Origin: a virus
Taxonomy: Duplodnaviria > Caudoviricetes
IMG/VR virus record: IMGVR_UViG_3300031949_000031
Span: 312-64,311 of that record
DNA: 64,000 bases
Reading direction: 5' to 3' (one strand)
The translations under genes were made by a program, and so were the position numbers. This document shows positions 10,160 to 20,408 of this stretch, one piece after another. Under the pieces are notes generated by a model, which had not been told where the DNA came from, made no database searches, and saw only the letters and a program-made list of their open reading frames with translations. The stretch's first letter is position 1. Each line of letters opens with the position of its first letter.

Positions 10160-10363
10160 AATGATTCGAGACTGTTTTTGCTCAAACTGTTACTACTACC
10201 ACAAAGGTTCCTGTTGCCGAGAGCATCCAAAACCCATTGTGACTGAACACTTAGGCGACCAACGAGCCGGCAATACTCTGTGGCCTCACGTGGACCCGTC
10301 AGACTGGTGTGCAGACCATGAAAAGTTCCCTCAAGAGAAGATGGATCCGATCGCTGGACAAGA

Positions 10364-11875
10364 ATGACCCCTGACGAACAAACCCAACTCGACATCAACG
10401 GAATAGTCACCATAGTCTTCGGAGAAGAATACGACCGGATTGCCGCCGCGTGTATGAGGCACAGCCGCAAGTTCACGGGCCTGCCAATCCGGGTGTTGAC
10501 CAATCTCACACAGGACCAGCGGAGTGACGTGTGGAAAGAAGTATCCGGTGTCTATTTCACCTATATCGACAAACCCAATAACGCCAATAGGCTCGTCAAG
10601 ATTCTGCACGTCCAAGACCCGTTCTTCGACCGAACCATCTACCTTGACGCCGACGCACTGATTCAGCGCACAGGCATTGAAACCGTCTTGGGTATGCTGA
10701 ATTACACGGATTTTGTATTCAACAGCGTCTATCACTGGAAGCCCACCGACAAAATTCCGAACATTTACGCCAAGGCCCTCTTGGCAACGGGGGCCAAACT
10801 TCCTTTGCGAACCTACAGTGGGGGATTCTTCGCGTGGAAGAAGGGTCCTTTGGCGGAGGAATTATCGAAAGTCTGGCTGGACTATTGGCAGCGCACGGGC
10901 GGAGGCAGGGACATGCCCGCGCTGGCCTGCGCTGTTCAGCGAGTGCAACCGGCTATCTTCGATACGGGACTCTCGCCTATCTTCGCGGCCCAGCACAAAG
11001 ACCCTTCATGCCTGTTCCAGCATAACTACAACGGGACGTTCTTCACGGACTTCGCTCTTCCCTGGTTTCAGGAGAACAAGTGGTTCGACAGCGATCCCTC
11101 GGATTTCAGAATGACTGAATTCAAACGCACCGTAACCATCCAGAGCCACAACGGGATAGGCGACCTGCTCTTTGTGACGCCTGCGCTGCGAAGAATCAAG
11201 GAAGCCTATCCCGACTGCGAGGTCATCGTCAATACGAACAAGCCAACGCTGCTGATGGGCAATCCTTACGTCGATAAGGTCAATGCGGGAACCGACGGCG
11301 TCTTTTTGGGCTATACTGCCCCGGACAGCGGAAGACTGCCGGCCGAGCATCACATCCTCGAAGATTGGCGGATAATCTGCAAGGCGTACAATCTCATCAC
11401 CGAGCCGCCGGACCTGCGGCCCGAGCTTTACATCCCCAACCTGCCGCCGAAGCGGAACCTTATCGGCGTCCAGACCGTTCATAAGGGCAACTACCACAAC
11501 AAGCGGGTCTGGCTGGGTTTGGTGGAGTTATCTCGACGTGAAGGCTTCGAGGCCATCCCCGAGATCGTTGACGGCGATAAGATGATCGGGTTGGTGAGGA
11601 AACTGGCCGAATACCAGGCCGTCGTATGTCCCGAAGGAGGCGTCTCCCATATCGCCGCCGCCCTGCATCTGCCGGCGGTCGTGGTCTTCGGGGGCTTTTC
11701 AGACCCCCAATGGACGGGCTATCCCGACCACGTCAATATCACCAGCGACATCGAATGCCGCCATTGCTACAACAACAACCCGTGTGTGAATAAGGAGCCG
11801 TTCAAATGCGTCCAGAGTATCTCTGTTCAAAGTGTAGAAGAGGTTGCCAAGGCACTGATAAAGAAAAGTGTCTGA
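10364..11875 (+). CDS. Bifunctional glycosyltransferase: GT-A (GT8-like) + GT9 heptosyltransferase-like
   Basis: IYLDAD and RDMPAL; GIGDLLFVTPALRRIKEAYP and EGGVSHIAAALHLPAVVVFG. Confidence 0.85.
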   Translation: MTPDEQTQLDINGIVTIVFGEEYDRIAAACMRHSRKFTGLPIRVLTNLTQDQRSDVWKEVSGVYFTYIDKPNNANRLVKILHVQDPFFDRTIYLDADALIQRTGIETVLGMLNYTDFVFNSVYHWKPTDKIPNIYAKALLATGAKLPLRTYSGGFFAWKKGPLAEELSKVWLDYWQRTGGGRDMPALACAVQRVQPAIFDTGLSPIFAAQHKDPSCLFQHNYNGTFFTDFALPWFQENKWFDSDPSDFRMTEFKRTVTIQSHNGIGDLLFVTPALRRIKEAYPDCEVIVNTNKPTLLMGNPYVDKVNAGTDGVFLGYTAPDSGRLPAEHHILEDWRIICKAYNLITEPPDLRPELYIPNLPPKRNLIGVQTVHKGNYHNKRVWLGLVELSRREGFEAIPEIVDGDKMIGLVRKLAEYQAVVCPEGGVSHIAAALHLPAVVVFGGFSDPQWTGYPDHVNITSDIECRHCYNNNPCVNKEPFKCVQSISVQSVEEVAKALIKKSV

Positions 11876-12384
11876 CGGCGCCGGCCCTCAACTTGGGCAG
11901 CGGTTTCATGCTCAAGAAGGACCATATCAACTTCGACATTCTCGATATTCAGGTGGATACCGTGAAGACCGATATCGTCGGCGACGTTCGCACGGCAACC
12001 TCCGTTTTCCAACCCTGCACGTTCGCTTCGATTTTCTGCGCGCACGTCATCGAGCATTTCTACGCTGTCGAAGCGCAGCATCTTCTGGCGGACTGTTTTT
12101 TGCTATTGCGGCCCGGCGGACTGATGGTTCTTGAGGCGCCCGATATCGAGAAGATCATCCTGACCTACGAAGTGGGTCAGATTAACCAGGTTATCCAGGA
12201 AATCTACGGCGATCATCAATGGATGGCTAAGTACGGCGATAAGTGGATGCACAAATGGGGCTGGACGGGCAAGCGGGCCGCCGATGCCATGCAGGCGGCG
12301 GGTTTTAGGATTCGCATGATAGGCGACGGAATCTCGCATCACAAACCATTCAGAGACTTTCGGGTGGAAGGAGTTAAGCCATGA
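11806..12384 (+). CDS. Class I SAM-dependent methyltransferase (start uncertain)
   Basis: LNLGSG, HVIEHF, LRPGG. Confidence 0.85.
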   Translation: MRPEYLCSKCRRGCQGTDKEKCLTAPALNLGSGFMLKKDHINFDILDIQVDTVKTDIVGDVRTATSVFQPCTFASIFCAHVIEHFYAVEAQHLLADCFLLLRPGGLMVLEAPDIEKIILTYEVGQINQVIQEIYGDHQWMAKYGDKWMHKWGWTGKRAADAMQAAGFRIRMIGDGISHHKPFRDFRVEGVKP

Positions 12385-13376
12385 ATTATCTGATCACTGG
12401 CATTACGGGTTTTGCCGGGCCGCACTTAGCCCGGCTGTTGTTGGACGAAGGCCACGAAGTCTATGGTCTGATTCGCGGCTCGAACGGCAGAGAAACCGAC
12501 CTGCTGGACGTGATGACGGAGGCCGAACTCAAACGGATTCGCTGGTTAGTGGCCGACCTGGTGGACTTTCCGAGTCTCGAACAGGTCATCAGGCAGAATG
12601 CCCTTGACGGCATTTTTCACTTGGCGGCGCAGAGCCATCCGCCGACCAGCTTTTCGCAACCCGTTATGACGTTTCAGAACAACGTCATGGGTTCGGTGAA
12701 TCTCATCGAGGCCGTCGCGCAGCATCAGCCGCATTGCAAGCTGCATTTCTGCTCGTCGTCGGAGGTCTATGGGAACCAACAGGACTGCGAATGGACCGAG
12801 GACGCCCCAATCAAGCCCGCCAATCCCTATGGGGCCACCAAAGCGGCCATCGACATCTTCATGCAGGAACGGCTCAGAAACCAATATATTCGAGGATTTA
12901 TCACCAGGGCGCACTGCCATACGGGGCCGCGAAGGGGCTACCGATTCAGCATCTCCTCGGATGCCTACCAGATTGCCAAGATGATCCTCGATCTGCAGGA
13001 GCCGGTCCTGTTGATAGGCAATCTCGATACCACCCGGCAGGTCATGGACGTTCGGGACTGCGTGCGGGCCTATTACAGACTGATGCAGGCGGACCTCAAA
13101 CACCACGTCTATAACGTCTCGACCGACCGGAGTTACGCGATGCGGTTCTTCACCGAGACCCTGATAAAACTGTCGGGCCTCAAGGACGTGGTCCAGAAGA
13201 TTCACCCTCCTTTCTGGCGGCCCATTGACATTCAGGCCCAGCATTCGAGGACGGAGCGTTTGCGGTCGGAGATCGACTGGAAGCCGGAAATTCCCATCGA
13301 GCAGACGTTAGGGGATTTGCTGGCGTACTGGGTGGTGAAGTTGCGAAAGACCGTGGAGGAATACAAAAATGAGTGA
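12381..13376 (+). CDS. GDP-mannose 4,6-dehydratase / GDP-4-keto-6-deoxymannose reductase family SDR
   Basis: GITGFAG, HLAAQSH, SSSEVYG, YGATK, GNLD. Confidence 0.9.
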   Translation: MNYLITGITGFAGPHLARLLLDEGHEVYGLIRGSNGRETDLLDVMTEAELKRIRWLVADLVDFPSLEQVIRQNALDGIFHLAAQSHPPTSFSQPVMTFQNNVMGSVNLIEAVAQHQPHCKLHFCSSSEVYGNQQDCEWTEDAPIKPANPYGATKAAIDIFMQERLRNQYIRGFITRAHCHTGPRRGYRFSISSDAYQIAKMILDLQEPVLLIGNLDTTRQVMDVRDCVRAYYRLMQADLKHHVYNVSTDRSYAMRFFTETLIKLSGLKDVVQKIHPPFWRPIDIQAQHSRTERLRSEIDWKPEIPIEQTLGDLLAYWVVKLRKTVEEYKNE

Positions 13377-13576
13377 GAAATCCGAACAAGGAAATCCGAG
13401 CCGTCATTGTCCGCATTGCGGGCATGTACAAGAGAATTATTTGAGGGACAGACTGCGGACCATGTACGAAGGGGAGTACATTATAGAGTCAACTTGCAGT
13501 GAATGCGGCAAAGAATTTTTTATAGTGTATTCCTACAATAGAACCGAAAAAAACCGGCGGCAACCCCCTTTGTGTA

Positions 13577-13948
13577 ATGAATGTTGGTGATAGAGGAATA
13601 CAAACCATGAGTAAGATTTCATTGATTATCAGAATTTGCGTTATTATATCGGTTTTCTGGTTGGGTTCCTTGGTTGGACGACACTTGCAGGAGGACAAGA
13701 CTATCCAGGTCCCAGCCGGTTCCTGCAACATCCATCTGGGGTATCGGGCCGGAGAGGACATCACGACCGAGAGTTATCAATTCTGCTTCACGATTCCAGA
13801 GATGCCTGCTTTACTCTGTAGTCATGGTTACGGCGCATTTCGATTTGCCGAATATCGTGTCACGATGACCCCGGCGGAATATGCGGTGCTGATGAACGTC
13901 GTAGTACGGGCAAAAGATAGTTGGCGGTATTTGCCGGAGAAAGAATGA
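13577..13948 (+). CDS. Hypothetical membrane-anchored protein
   Basis: N-terminal hydrophobic segment; overlaps next start. Confidence 0.55.
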   Translation: MNVGDRGIQTMSKISLIIRICVIISVFWLGSLVGRHLQEDKTIQVPAGSCNIHLGYRAGEDITTESYQFCFTIPEMPALLCSHGYGAFRFAEYRVTMTPAEYAVLMNVVVRAKDSWRYLPEKE

Positions 13949-14619
13949 ACGTCGAATTTGAGATCACCCTGCGTTGTAATGCTACCTGCGACTCCTGCTC
14001 GCGGCACTGTCACTATGGGATGTATGATGAAGCATCGGACGTGACGATGGGCCAGGTCTCGCGGTTCATCGAGGAAGTCAAAGGTCATCCCGATATCGAC
14101 ATGATTCACGTCATGGGCGGCGAGCCTACGCTGCATCCCGAATTCAATACGATTGTCTCGATGCTCAAATGCACCTTGCTCGATACCGGCAAGATCAAAA
14201 GACTCCAGATCGTCAGCAACGGTTTGATCCCTATTGACCCGGCGCTCGGTGTCGGCGTGTGCCTGTCACCGCCGGAGAAGTCTGCGAGGCATCGCTGCAT
14301 GTTCGTAGCGCCGTGCGATACCGGCCAGGAATTGAAGGACTGCCCCGTCCCCCAGGATTGCGGCATCAGCTTCGGGGCCTACGGCTACTGGCCGTGCGGG
14401 GCCGGCGGCGCAATCGCCCGGCTCTTCGGTATGACGTACTACGGCCGCAGAGAACTTCCGGTCTGTGAAGATGAGTTCCACGACCGCACACAACTCTGCG
14501 TACTCTGCCAGGCGAAAGCGAAACACTACATGATGTGCCGGGACTTCGGAAACATTCGCAGCCGGAGTTTTCGTGAAGCCATGCGGCACTTCGATGCGAA
14601 GAAACTGAGGCGATACTGA
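13945..14619 (+). CDS. Radical SAM protein
   Basis: CNATCDSC (CxxxCxxC), GGEPTLHP, SNG, C-terminal Cys cluster. Confidence 0.85.
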   Translation: MNVEFEITLRCNATCDSCSRHCHYGMYDEASDVTMGQVSRFIEEVKGHPDIDMIHVMGGEPTLHPEFNTIVSMLKCTLLDTGKIKRLQIVSNGLIPIDPALGVGVCLSPPEKSARHRCMFVAPCDTGQELKDCPVPQDCGISFGAYGYWPCGAGGAIARLFGMTYYGRRELPVCEDEFHDRTQLCVLCQAKAKHYMMCRDFGNIRSRSFREAMRHFDAKKLRRY

Positions 14620-15299
14620 TGAATGATACCTGTGTCGTCAACTATTCCTCCGGCTGGTTCGTCAGGGGCCAGAGCAGACTCAAGCAAGCCTGCCTCGATG
14701 TGGGCTACAAAGGGGACTTTCTGCTGTTCAACGACGAGAATCCCTTGAAGTGCCCGCCGCATAGCCAAGTGCCCTACGGCTTCAAGCCCTACGCGATGAA
14801 AGAGGCGCAGAAGCGAGGTTATCGGTTCATCTTATGGTGCGATTCGAGCGTGTACCCGGAAAGGCCCCTGGACGCCGTGTGGCAAATCATCACCAATGTA
14901 GGCTATTATTTTCATCATAATGGCTGGAACTGTGGACAATGGACCACAGATAAGGCCCTGAAAACACTTGGTGTTAGCAGGGAAGAGGCTTTCAACATAC
15001 CGCAGATCATCGGAGGTTGCCAAGGATTGAATCTCGAAAACCCGAAGGCGAAAATATACTTGGATAAATGGTATAAATTGGCTGGAGACGGGATAACTTT
15101 TCATGGGGCCTGGACTAATGAGCACGGACAGGTTTCGTCTGACAAGCGAGTACTTGGTTCACGCCATGACCAAAGTGCCGGTAGTATTATTGCTTGGAAT
15201 CTCGGCATGAGAGAATGGCAAATAAATATGGTGATCTATGATGAAAAAGGCACTGTTACTCGTCGGCCAGAAATGGTCTTTGTTGTCAAATCGGCATAG
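14619..15299 (+). CDS. Putative GT-A glycosyltransferase
   Basis: FKPY, LWCDSS, RHDQS motifs. Confidence 0.7.
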   Translation: MNDTCVVNYSSGWFVRGQSRLKQACLDVGYKGDFLLFNDENPLKCPPHSQVPYGFKPYAMKEAQKRGYRFILWCDSSVYPERPLDAVWQIITNVGYYFHHNGWNCGQWTTDKALKTLGVSREEAFNIPQIIGGCQGLNLENPKAKIYLDKWYKLAGDGITFHGAWTNEHGQVSSDKRVLGSRHDQSAGSIIAWNLGMREWQINMVIYDEKGTVTRRPEMVFVVKSA

Positions 15300-15777
15300 T
15301 GAACTCGTTATGTACTTTATCATGGCATTGGCGACAAAGGGGAATGACATCTAAATAATGTTCAGGTGTGTAACCCAAATAGTGATGATGTGCTTCGGCT
15401 TGTTTTCCGCAACGGCACAACTCTTTGTGTGCAGGTGCCATTTTGCCTCGGCGGATAGCGTTTGCAACGGCCATCTTCGCTTTGATTCGTTCTGGATGAA
15501 GAGATTTGTAACGACCATCCCTCATTTTTGCCTTGGGTGTTTTCTTATAACGATTTTGAGTTTGGTGTCCTTTTTGTGTTTTTCGATATCGAGCATATGC
15601 CATCCGAAGAACTTTCTGTCCAGTGGGTGTCTGTTGGTATTGACGTGCATATTCAGCGTTACATATTTTGCAGCAAGACCAGTGGCCGTCTGTTGCTCGT
15701 TTATCCCTATAAAACTCAGACAGTGGTTTCTCGATCTTGCATTTGCTACAGGTCTTTGTTACGATGTTCTCAGACAT
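15286..15777 (-). CDS. Zn-finger + HNH endonuclease, free-standing, inverted
   Basis: KTCSKCK..K..SEFY, CKIC; C-terminal CRCG..AHHH....LCRQCH. Confidence 0.85.
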   Translation of the reverse strand: MSENIVTKTCSKCKIEKPLSEFYRDKRATDGHWSCCKICNAEYARQYQQTPTGQKVLRMAYARYRKTQKGHQTQNRYKKTPKAKMRDGRYKSLHPERIKAKMAVANAIRRGKMAPAHKELCRCGKQAEAHHHYLGYTPEHYLDVIPLCRQCHDKVHNEFTMPI

Positions 15778-15903
15778 GGCGATCTCCTTATTAGATTGTC
15801 GTGTTTAGAGCCGGTGTCAAGCACGCAACTTGCCATCGGCTCGCTTTATAATACTACTTCATCTAATCACGTCAAGAGGAAAAATTCAGCATGAGGAGAA
15901 TCC

Positions 15904-16230
15904 ATGAACCTACGTGAGGCACTGACTGAGACGGTGAATACGGCCAGATTAAAGGGCTTGTATATCAAGTCTATAGAGTTACGCGACGATACTTTCGCTG
16001 AATTACTCGATGATGCTGTTGTCAACACCGCATTGAATTGCGTCGCCCTAAAAAATGGCTTCGATACGAGAGCGTATGGTCACATTCAATGGGATGGCGT
16101 AAACATCATCAATGAGGAGTTTGCACAGCCAATCCAGATGCCGCGAGGCAATGAACAGCGAATCGCGGAATTGCAGGTCGTTATTGATGCGCTTGGCAGG
16201 ATTCAAAATAGTTTGATGAGCAAAGCATGA
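15904..16230 (+). CDS. Hypothetical protein
   Basis: GAGGAG RBS. Confidence 0.65.
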   Translation: MNLREALTETVNTARLKGLYIKSIELRDDTFAELLDDAVVNTALNCVALKNGFDTRAYGHIQWDGVNIINEEFAQPIQMPRGNEQRIAELQVVIDALGRIQNSLMSKA

Positions 16231-16712
16231 GCAACGTTGCCCGGAACAAAGAAAACGATCACAAAACGCCGTTGCAGACTGCATTCGAGAACGCAGCGCA
16301 AAAATATGACCCGACAAATTCGAGTATCGGAAACTCGAAAAAGTTGGCTCTCTATGCAAATTTGATTGCGATGGAGCAGGAAATACGAGAAAGAAAGAAA
16401 CCCCGCTCGATAGTCAATCGTCTAAAAATCCCTTTAGTTCGTTTTCTGAAACGGAAATCTTATGGATATTCAAAGAAGACGTGAAAACCTTACTTTCGAG
16501 GAATCCCTTGAGGAAAAAGGATTTCAGATTTTACTGAAGAAAGATAAAAGACTTCGGCGTCTCGGATTCTGTATTCGACGTGGCAGCGGAGTTTGGGGTT
16601 GTTCTACGATTCCTTGTATGCAAAACAAGATGCCATACCAGCGAGAACCTGATATTTGCTGTGTCATTATTCAGTCCGTATGCAGTAAAAGTCCCGTGGA
16701 GCAGATGTCAGT

Positions 16713-17504
16713 ATGAGTAGCGTTGCCCGCAAATTCCGCCGTCAGCATTTGTCTTCCACGCCTATCGGCAAGGAGCCGCCGGTCCTGATTGTCAGGCCGC
16801 ATAAACAGGAGGGCTTTACCTGCGAGGCCACGAGCCAGTTTCTATCCAAAGCCTTCAAGCGGGGCATCGCCGACTACAAGTGCATGGAAGCCCGGACGCC
16901 TGACGTCGCCCGGAATCTCGCCATCCTGGAGTTTCTCAGTAATCCCATACACGCCAAAAAGACGCACCTGTTCTTCCTGGATGACGATTCGACGCCCTGG
17001 AATGATTTTGTTATCGAAAGGCTCCTGAGCCTGGATAAGCCCGTCATTGCCGGCGTGACGCCTATCTTCAGGAAGAAAGACGCCATCGACTTCAAAAAGA
17101 TTCGGATGCTGATGCTCGGCGTTGTTCAAAATGAACCTGCCCAGATGGATTTGTATTGGTCGCCTATCCTGATGAAAGCCGGCCATTTGGAGCATATCGG
17201 TATCGACGAACTGCCCAAGACGCCGTTTGTGGCCCATCGCACGGGAGGTACGTGCCTGCTGATTCGCCGTGACGTTCTGGAAAAGCTCAAGCCGCCGTAT
17301 CAGAAATTCGAGTTCGACGAGCAGCAGATCAAGCTCCTGCGGTCAGAGGACATCTACTTCGCCGATCAGATACGGGAGGCTGGATTCCCTATCTGGATCG
17401 ACCCCGAGAGCATTTGTCATCACTTTCACGTCCTGGATATTTTGGACATGTTCGCCATAGCGATTCAGGCCAAAGAGATGGGCAAAACAGGGGGAAAAAG
17501 ATAA
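16713..17504 (+). CDS. GT2-like glycosyltransferase
   Basis: ARN, LFFLDDD, TGGTCLLIRRDV, SEDIYF. Confidence 0.8.
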   Translation: MSSVARKFRRQHLSSTPIGKEPPVLIVRPHKQEGFTCEATSQFLSKAFKRGIADYKCMEARTPDVARNLAILEFLSNPIHAKKTHLFFLDDDSTPWNDFVIERLLSLDKPVIAGVTPIFRKKDAIDFKKIRMLMLGVVQNEPAQMDLYWSPILMKAGHLEHIGIDELPKTPFVAHRTGGTCLLIRRDVLEKLKPPYQKFEFDEQQIKLLRSEDIYFADQIREAGFPIWIDPESICHHFHVLDILDMFAIAIQAKEMGKTGGKR

Positions 17505-17874
17505 TGGCTGATAGGAATTTTCAATCTTCAGGAAGCCCCAAACCAGAGACGCGAGAAAGTGTGATTCATCGTATCGGTCAAGAACTTGCTGCCAAAATGC
17601 CGAACTTATACGGCAGTATAAGATTCAATTTGCAGGGCGGTCACTATGCGAACGCCAACATTGAAGAAAGCGTGAAACCTGATGGAGTATCCGGCAATGG
17701 CAAAGCCGACAAAAGAACAGGCTGACCAAGAATGGAAATGGAAAGTCGAATCCGCCACGAATACCTTGATCGAAACTGAGAAGATCAAGAAGGACAAGAA
17801 ACTCCTGACGGCGGCGCGTGAGGAACTCAAGAAGCGATTGGCGGCGACGCAGTCGGCCGTGAGCAAGACATAAT

Positions 17875-17948
17875 CGCGGGTTAGAGTTCTGGCTGAACTC
17901 CGGGGTCTCATAAGCCTCGTGAGGCCGGTTCGATTCCGGCACCCGCTA
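17875..17948 (+). tRNA. tRNA with CAT anticodon (Met, possibly initiator: C1:U72 mismatch)
   Basis: Acceptor GCGGGT/ACCCGC, loop CTCATAA, T arm GCCGG-TTCGATT-CCGGC. Confidence 0.85.
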
Positions 17949-17990
17949 TTGACAACTGAATAACGTGTAACGAGACGATCTGAAAAACAG

Positions 17991-18032
17991 AAGCTCGTAT
18001 TTCGCCTGACGGCGAGATGCGGGCTTTTTTTA
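17991..18032 (+). terminator. Intrinsic terminator
   Basis: GCTCGTATTTCGCC/GGCGAGATGCGGGC hairpin + T tract. Confidence 0.75.
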
Positions 18033-18200
18033 TTGCGCTTACGCAACCTGCGGCGGTCAACGGCAGGGCGTTACGGCAACGCAACATTGTGCCGGGTCGT
18101 TCACGACGCTGCGAGGTACAGCAGCCCGCAATGGCGACGGATTCGCCGGGTAACAGATGGCCAGATGTAACCCAGGCCAGGAAAAAGAAAGGGTAGCTCT

Positions 18201-19172
18201 ATGACAACTGAAAATGAAGGTTTCGACGTGGAAAAGTTTGCTCAGGACGGACTGGATCAGGCCGGGATAAAGCCGGAAGAGACGACGGCAGACGATCAAG
18301 TGCAGCAGCAGCCCGCAGGCGTTGTGTCTAAAACCAACCAGGAACCGGCAGGGCCGGAACCCGATGGGGCCACGCCTCAAGAGGATGAACCTAAAGAGAC
18401 ACCAACCGATGCGGTCCAGGCAGCATTGAAGGCTACCGAAGAGCCTCCGAAAGCCAACGAACCCGAACCTGAAGTCGAATCGACGATTGCCGAACTGCTT
18501 CCCAAGGCTGAAGAATCAGCGGCCGGCAAGCCCGAACACCTTGTTCCTCTTGAAAAACACATCAAGCTGCGTGAACGGGCACAGCAGGCCGAACGCGAAC
18601 GCGACGAGGCCCTGCAAAGGCTGGCGGCCACGACCCAGCAACAGACCCAAGAGGTCGAGCCGCTGGAGAAGTGGACGACTGAGAATCCTGAAGATGCTCA
18701 GATAAGTCCTCCGCCGGCGTCAGTCATGCTGGCACAGAGGAAATTCGAGCAGGCTCAAGGGCGAACCAGGGCCGAGGCGCAGCGCAGGGCCGATGAGGCC
18801 GAAGCGGGCCGCCGGCAGGCAATGGCAGGCATTCAAGCCAAAGCCTCGAAAGCTAAGGAGTCGGAAAAGTCCTTTCGGGCTTCTCACCCGGACTATACCA
18901 AGGTAACTAAAGCGGCCCTCAAAGCCAATTTGCTCAGCAAAGAGGAAAGAGACGCCGTCCTGGACGCCGAGAATCCCGGTCAGGAGCTTTACGACCTGGC
19001 AAAGGCCAAACTGACCGCCATCCAGGAAGGACTGGGCATTACTACTCCCACAGCGGAACCGCAACCAAAACCAGCGGGCAACCAGACGCCGGCTACAGGG
19101 GCTCCCGGAGAAGAACCGGAATTGAGCGATGACGACATCTTCAATGAGGTCTTCAAAGACAAACCCCGATAG
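18201..19172 (+). CDS. Scaffolding protein
   Basis: Acidic Pro/Glu-rich N-terminus, VPL....LRER coiled coil, directly upstream of capsid gene. Confidence 0.8.
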   Translation: MTTENEGFDVEKFAQDGLDQAGIKPEETTADDQVQQQPAGVVSKTNQEPAGPEPDGATPQEDEPKETPTDAVQAALKATEEPPKANEPEPEVESTIAELLPKAEESAAGKPEHLVPLEKHIKLRERAQQAERERDEALQRLAATTQQQTQEVEPLEKWTTENPEDAQISPPPASVMLAQRKFEQAQGRTRAEAQRRADEAEAGRRQAMAGIQAKASKAKESEKSFRASHPDYTKVTKAALKANLLSKEERDAVLDAENPGQELYDLAKAKLTAIQEGLGITTPTAEPQPKPAGNQTPATGAPGEEPELSDDDIFNEVFKDKPR

Positions 19173-19211
19173 TCCGTGTTCTGAGTGCTTGCTGGGGGAG
19201 TAACGAAAACA

Positions 19212-20405
19212 ATGGCAAGTACAACCTTTCAGCGAGGCTCGACACATACGAACCTCGTTCCTCAGAAGTGGTCCGCACAGGACTACAAATTCGCATTTGA
19301 GGCCAATCCTCTGGCCCAGTACATCGGGCCTGGGGACGGCATGGTCGTTCAAGTCAATAAGGATTTCACCAAGGAAAAAGGCGACAGGCTCACCTTCGGA
19401 CTCCGCGCCTTGCTGTCCGGCGACGGTCAAACCGACGACGGAACTTACGCCAACAACTCCGAAGGCATGACGTTCTACGATATGAGCGTCGATCTCCATG
19501 AGCGAGGCCATTCCGTGGCGCTCTCGGGCAATATGACCGAGCAGGCGGCCTGGAAGAACCTGCGGCCCCAGGGGATGCAGGCCCTGCGAGAGTGGGACGG
19601 TATGGTACAGTGCGCCGACATTATCGCGGCCCTGTCCGGCCTGACCACCAAGAAGCACATCGCAGGCCGGATCACCGGTGCCAATGCCGTCAACGCGGCT
19701 TCGGCGCAGATCGGAACCGTCAACCAGGTCAGTCTGACCAAAGGTGCGACGGCGACGCGATGGTTCGGCGGGGGCCAGAACTCCAGCGGAACCATTGCCA
19801 GGGTCGCTACCGACTCGGCGATCAACTCGACCTCCAATCACCTGTTCGGCACGGACGTTATCGAGTACCTCTGCCGAATGGCGAAAAAGACGGTCGATGG
19901 CTCCGGCAACGCGGTCAATCCCATCCGGCCCATCATGGTCAATGGCGAGCCGTGGTATCTGATGCTCATCGACCTGCTGCAAAAGAAGCAGCTTCAGGCA
20001 GATACCAAGTGGAAGAACGCTCTACAGAACGCCCTTCCGCGAGGGACCAAAGACCACTGGCTGTTCAACGGCGCCGACGGTCTCTGGAACCAGGTGGTCA
20101 TCAAGAGCACCGACTGGCTGCATCGCCGGACGGGTGCGGGCGGCATTCTCGCTACGGAGTATTTCGACACCACCGGCGACGCCTGCGCCTCCGGCTTCAC
20201 CGTGGCGCGTGGCTTGTTCCTCGGCGCTCAGGCGGCCTGCCTGGCGTGGGGAAAGGCCCCGACCTGGAAGACGGGTTACAGCGACCCGCCTCACGACACC
20301 AAGTACACGGTCCATACGGATAAAATTTTTGGTTGCAAGAAATCTGTGTTCAATTCCGTGGAACTCGGCTGTATCTGCTGTGATAACGCTGTAATAGGCG
20401 ATTAA
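19212..20405 (+). CDS. Major capsid protein (N4-gp56/DUF4043-like)
   Basis: KGDRLTFGL..LL.G.G, IRPIMVNG, LFLGAQA...AWGK, FG.KK..FN. Confidence 0.9.
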   Translation: MASTTFQRGSTHTNLVPQKWSAQDYKFAFEANPLAQYIGPGDGMVVQVNKDFTKEKGDRLTFGLRALLSGDGQTDDGTYANNSEGMTFYDMSVDLHERGHSVALSGNMTEQAAWKNLRPQGMQALREWDGMVQCADIIAALSGLTTKKHIAGRITGANAVNAASAQIGTVNQVSLTKGATATRWFGGGQNSSGTIARVATDSAINSTSNHLFGTDVIEYLCRMAKKTVDGSGNAVNPIRPIMVNGEPWYLMLIDLLQKKQLQADTKWKNALQNALPRGTKDHWLFNGADGLWNQVVIKSTDWLHRRTGAGGILATEYFDTTGDACASGFTVARGLFLGAQAACLAWGKAPTWKTGYSDPPHDTKYTVHTDKIFGCKKSVFNSVELGCICCDNAVIGD

Positions 20406-20408
20406 CAG

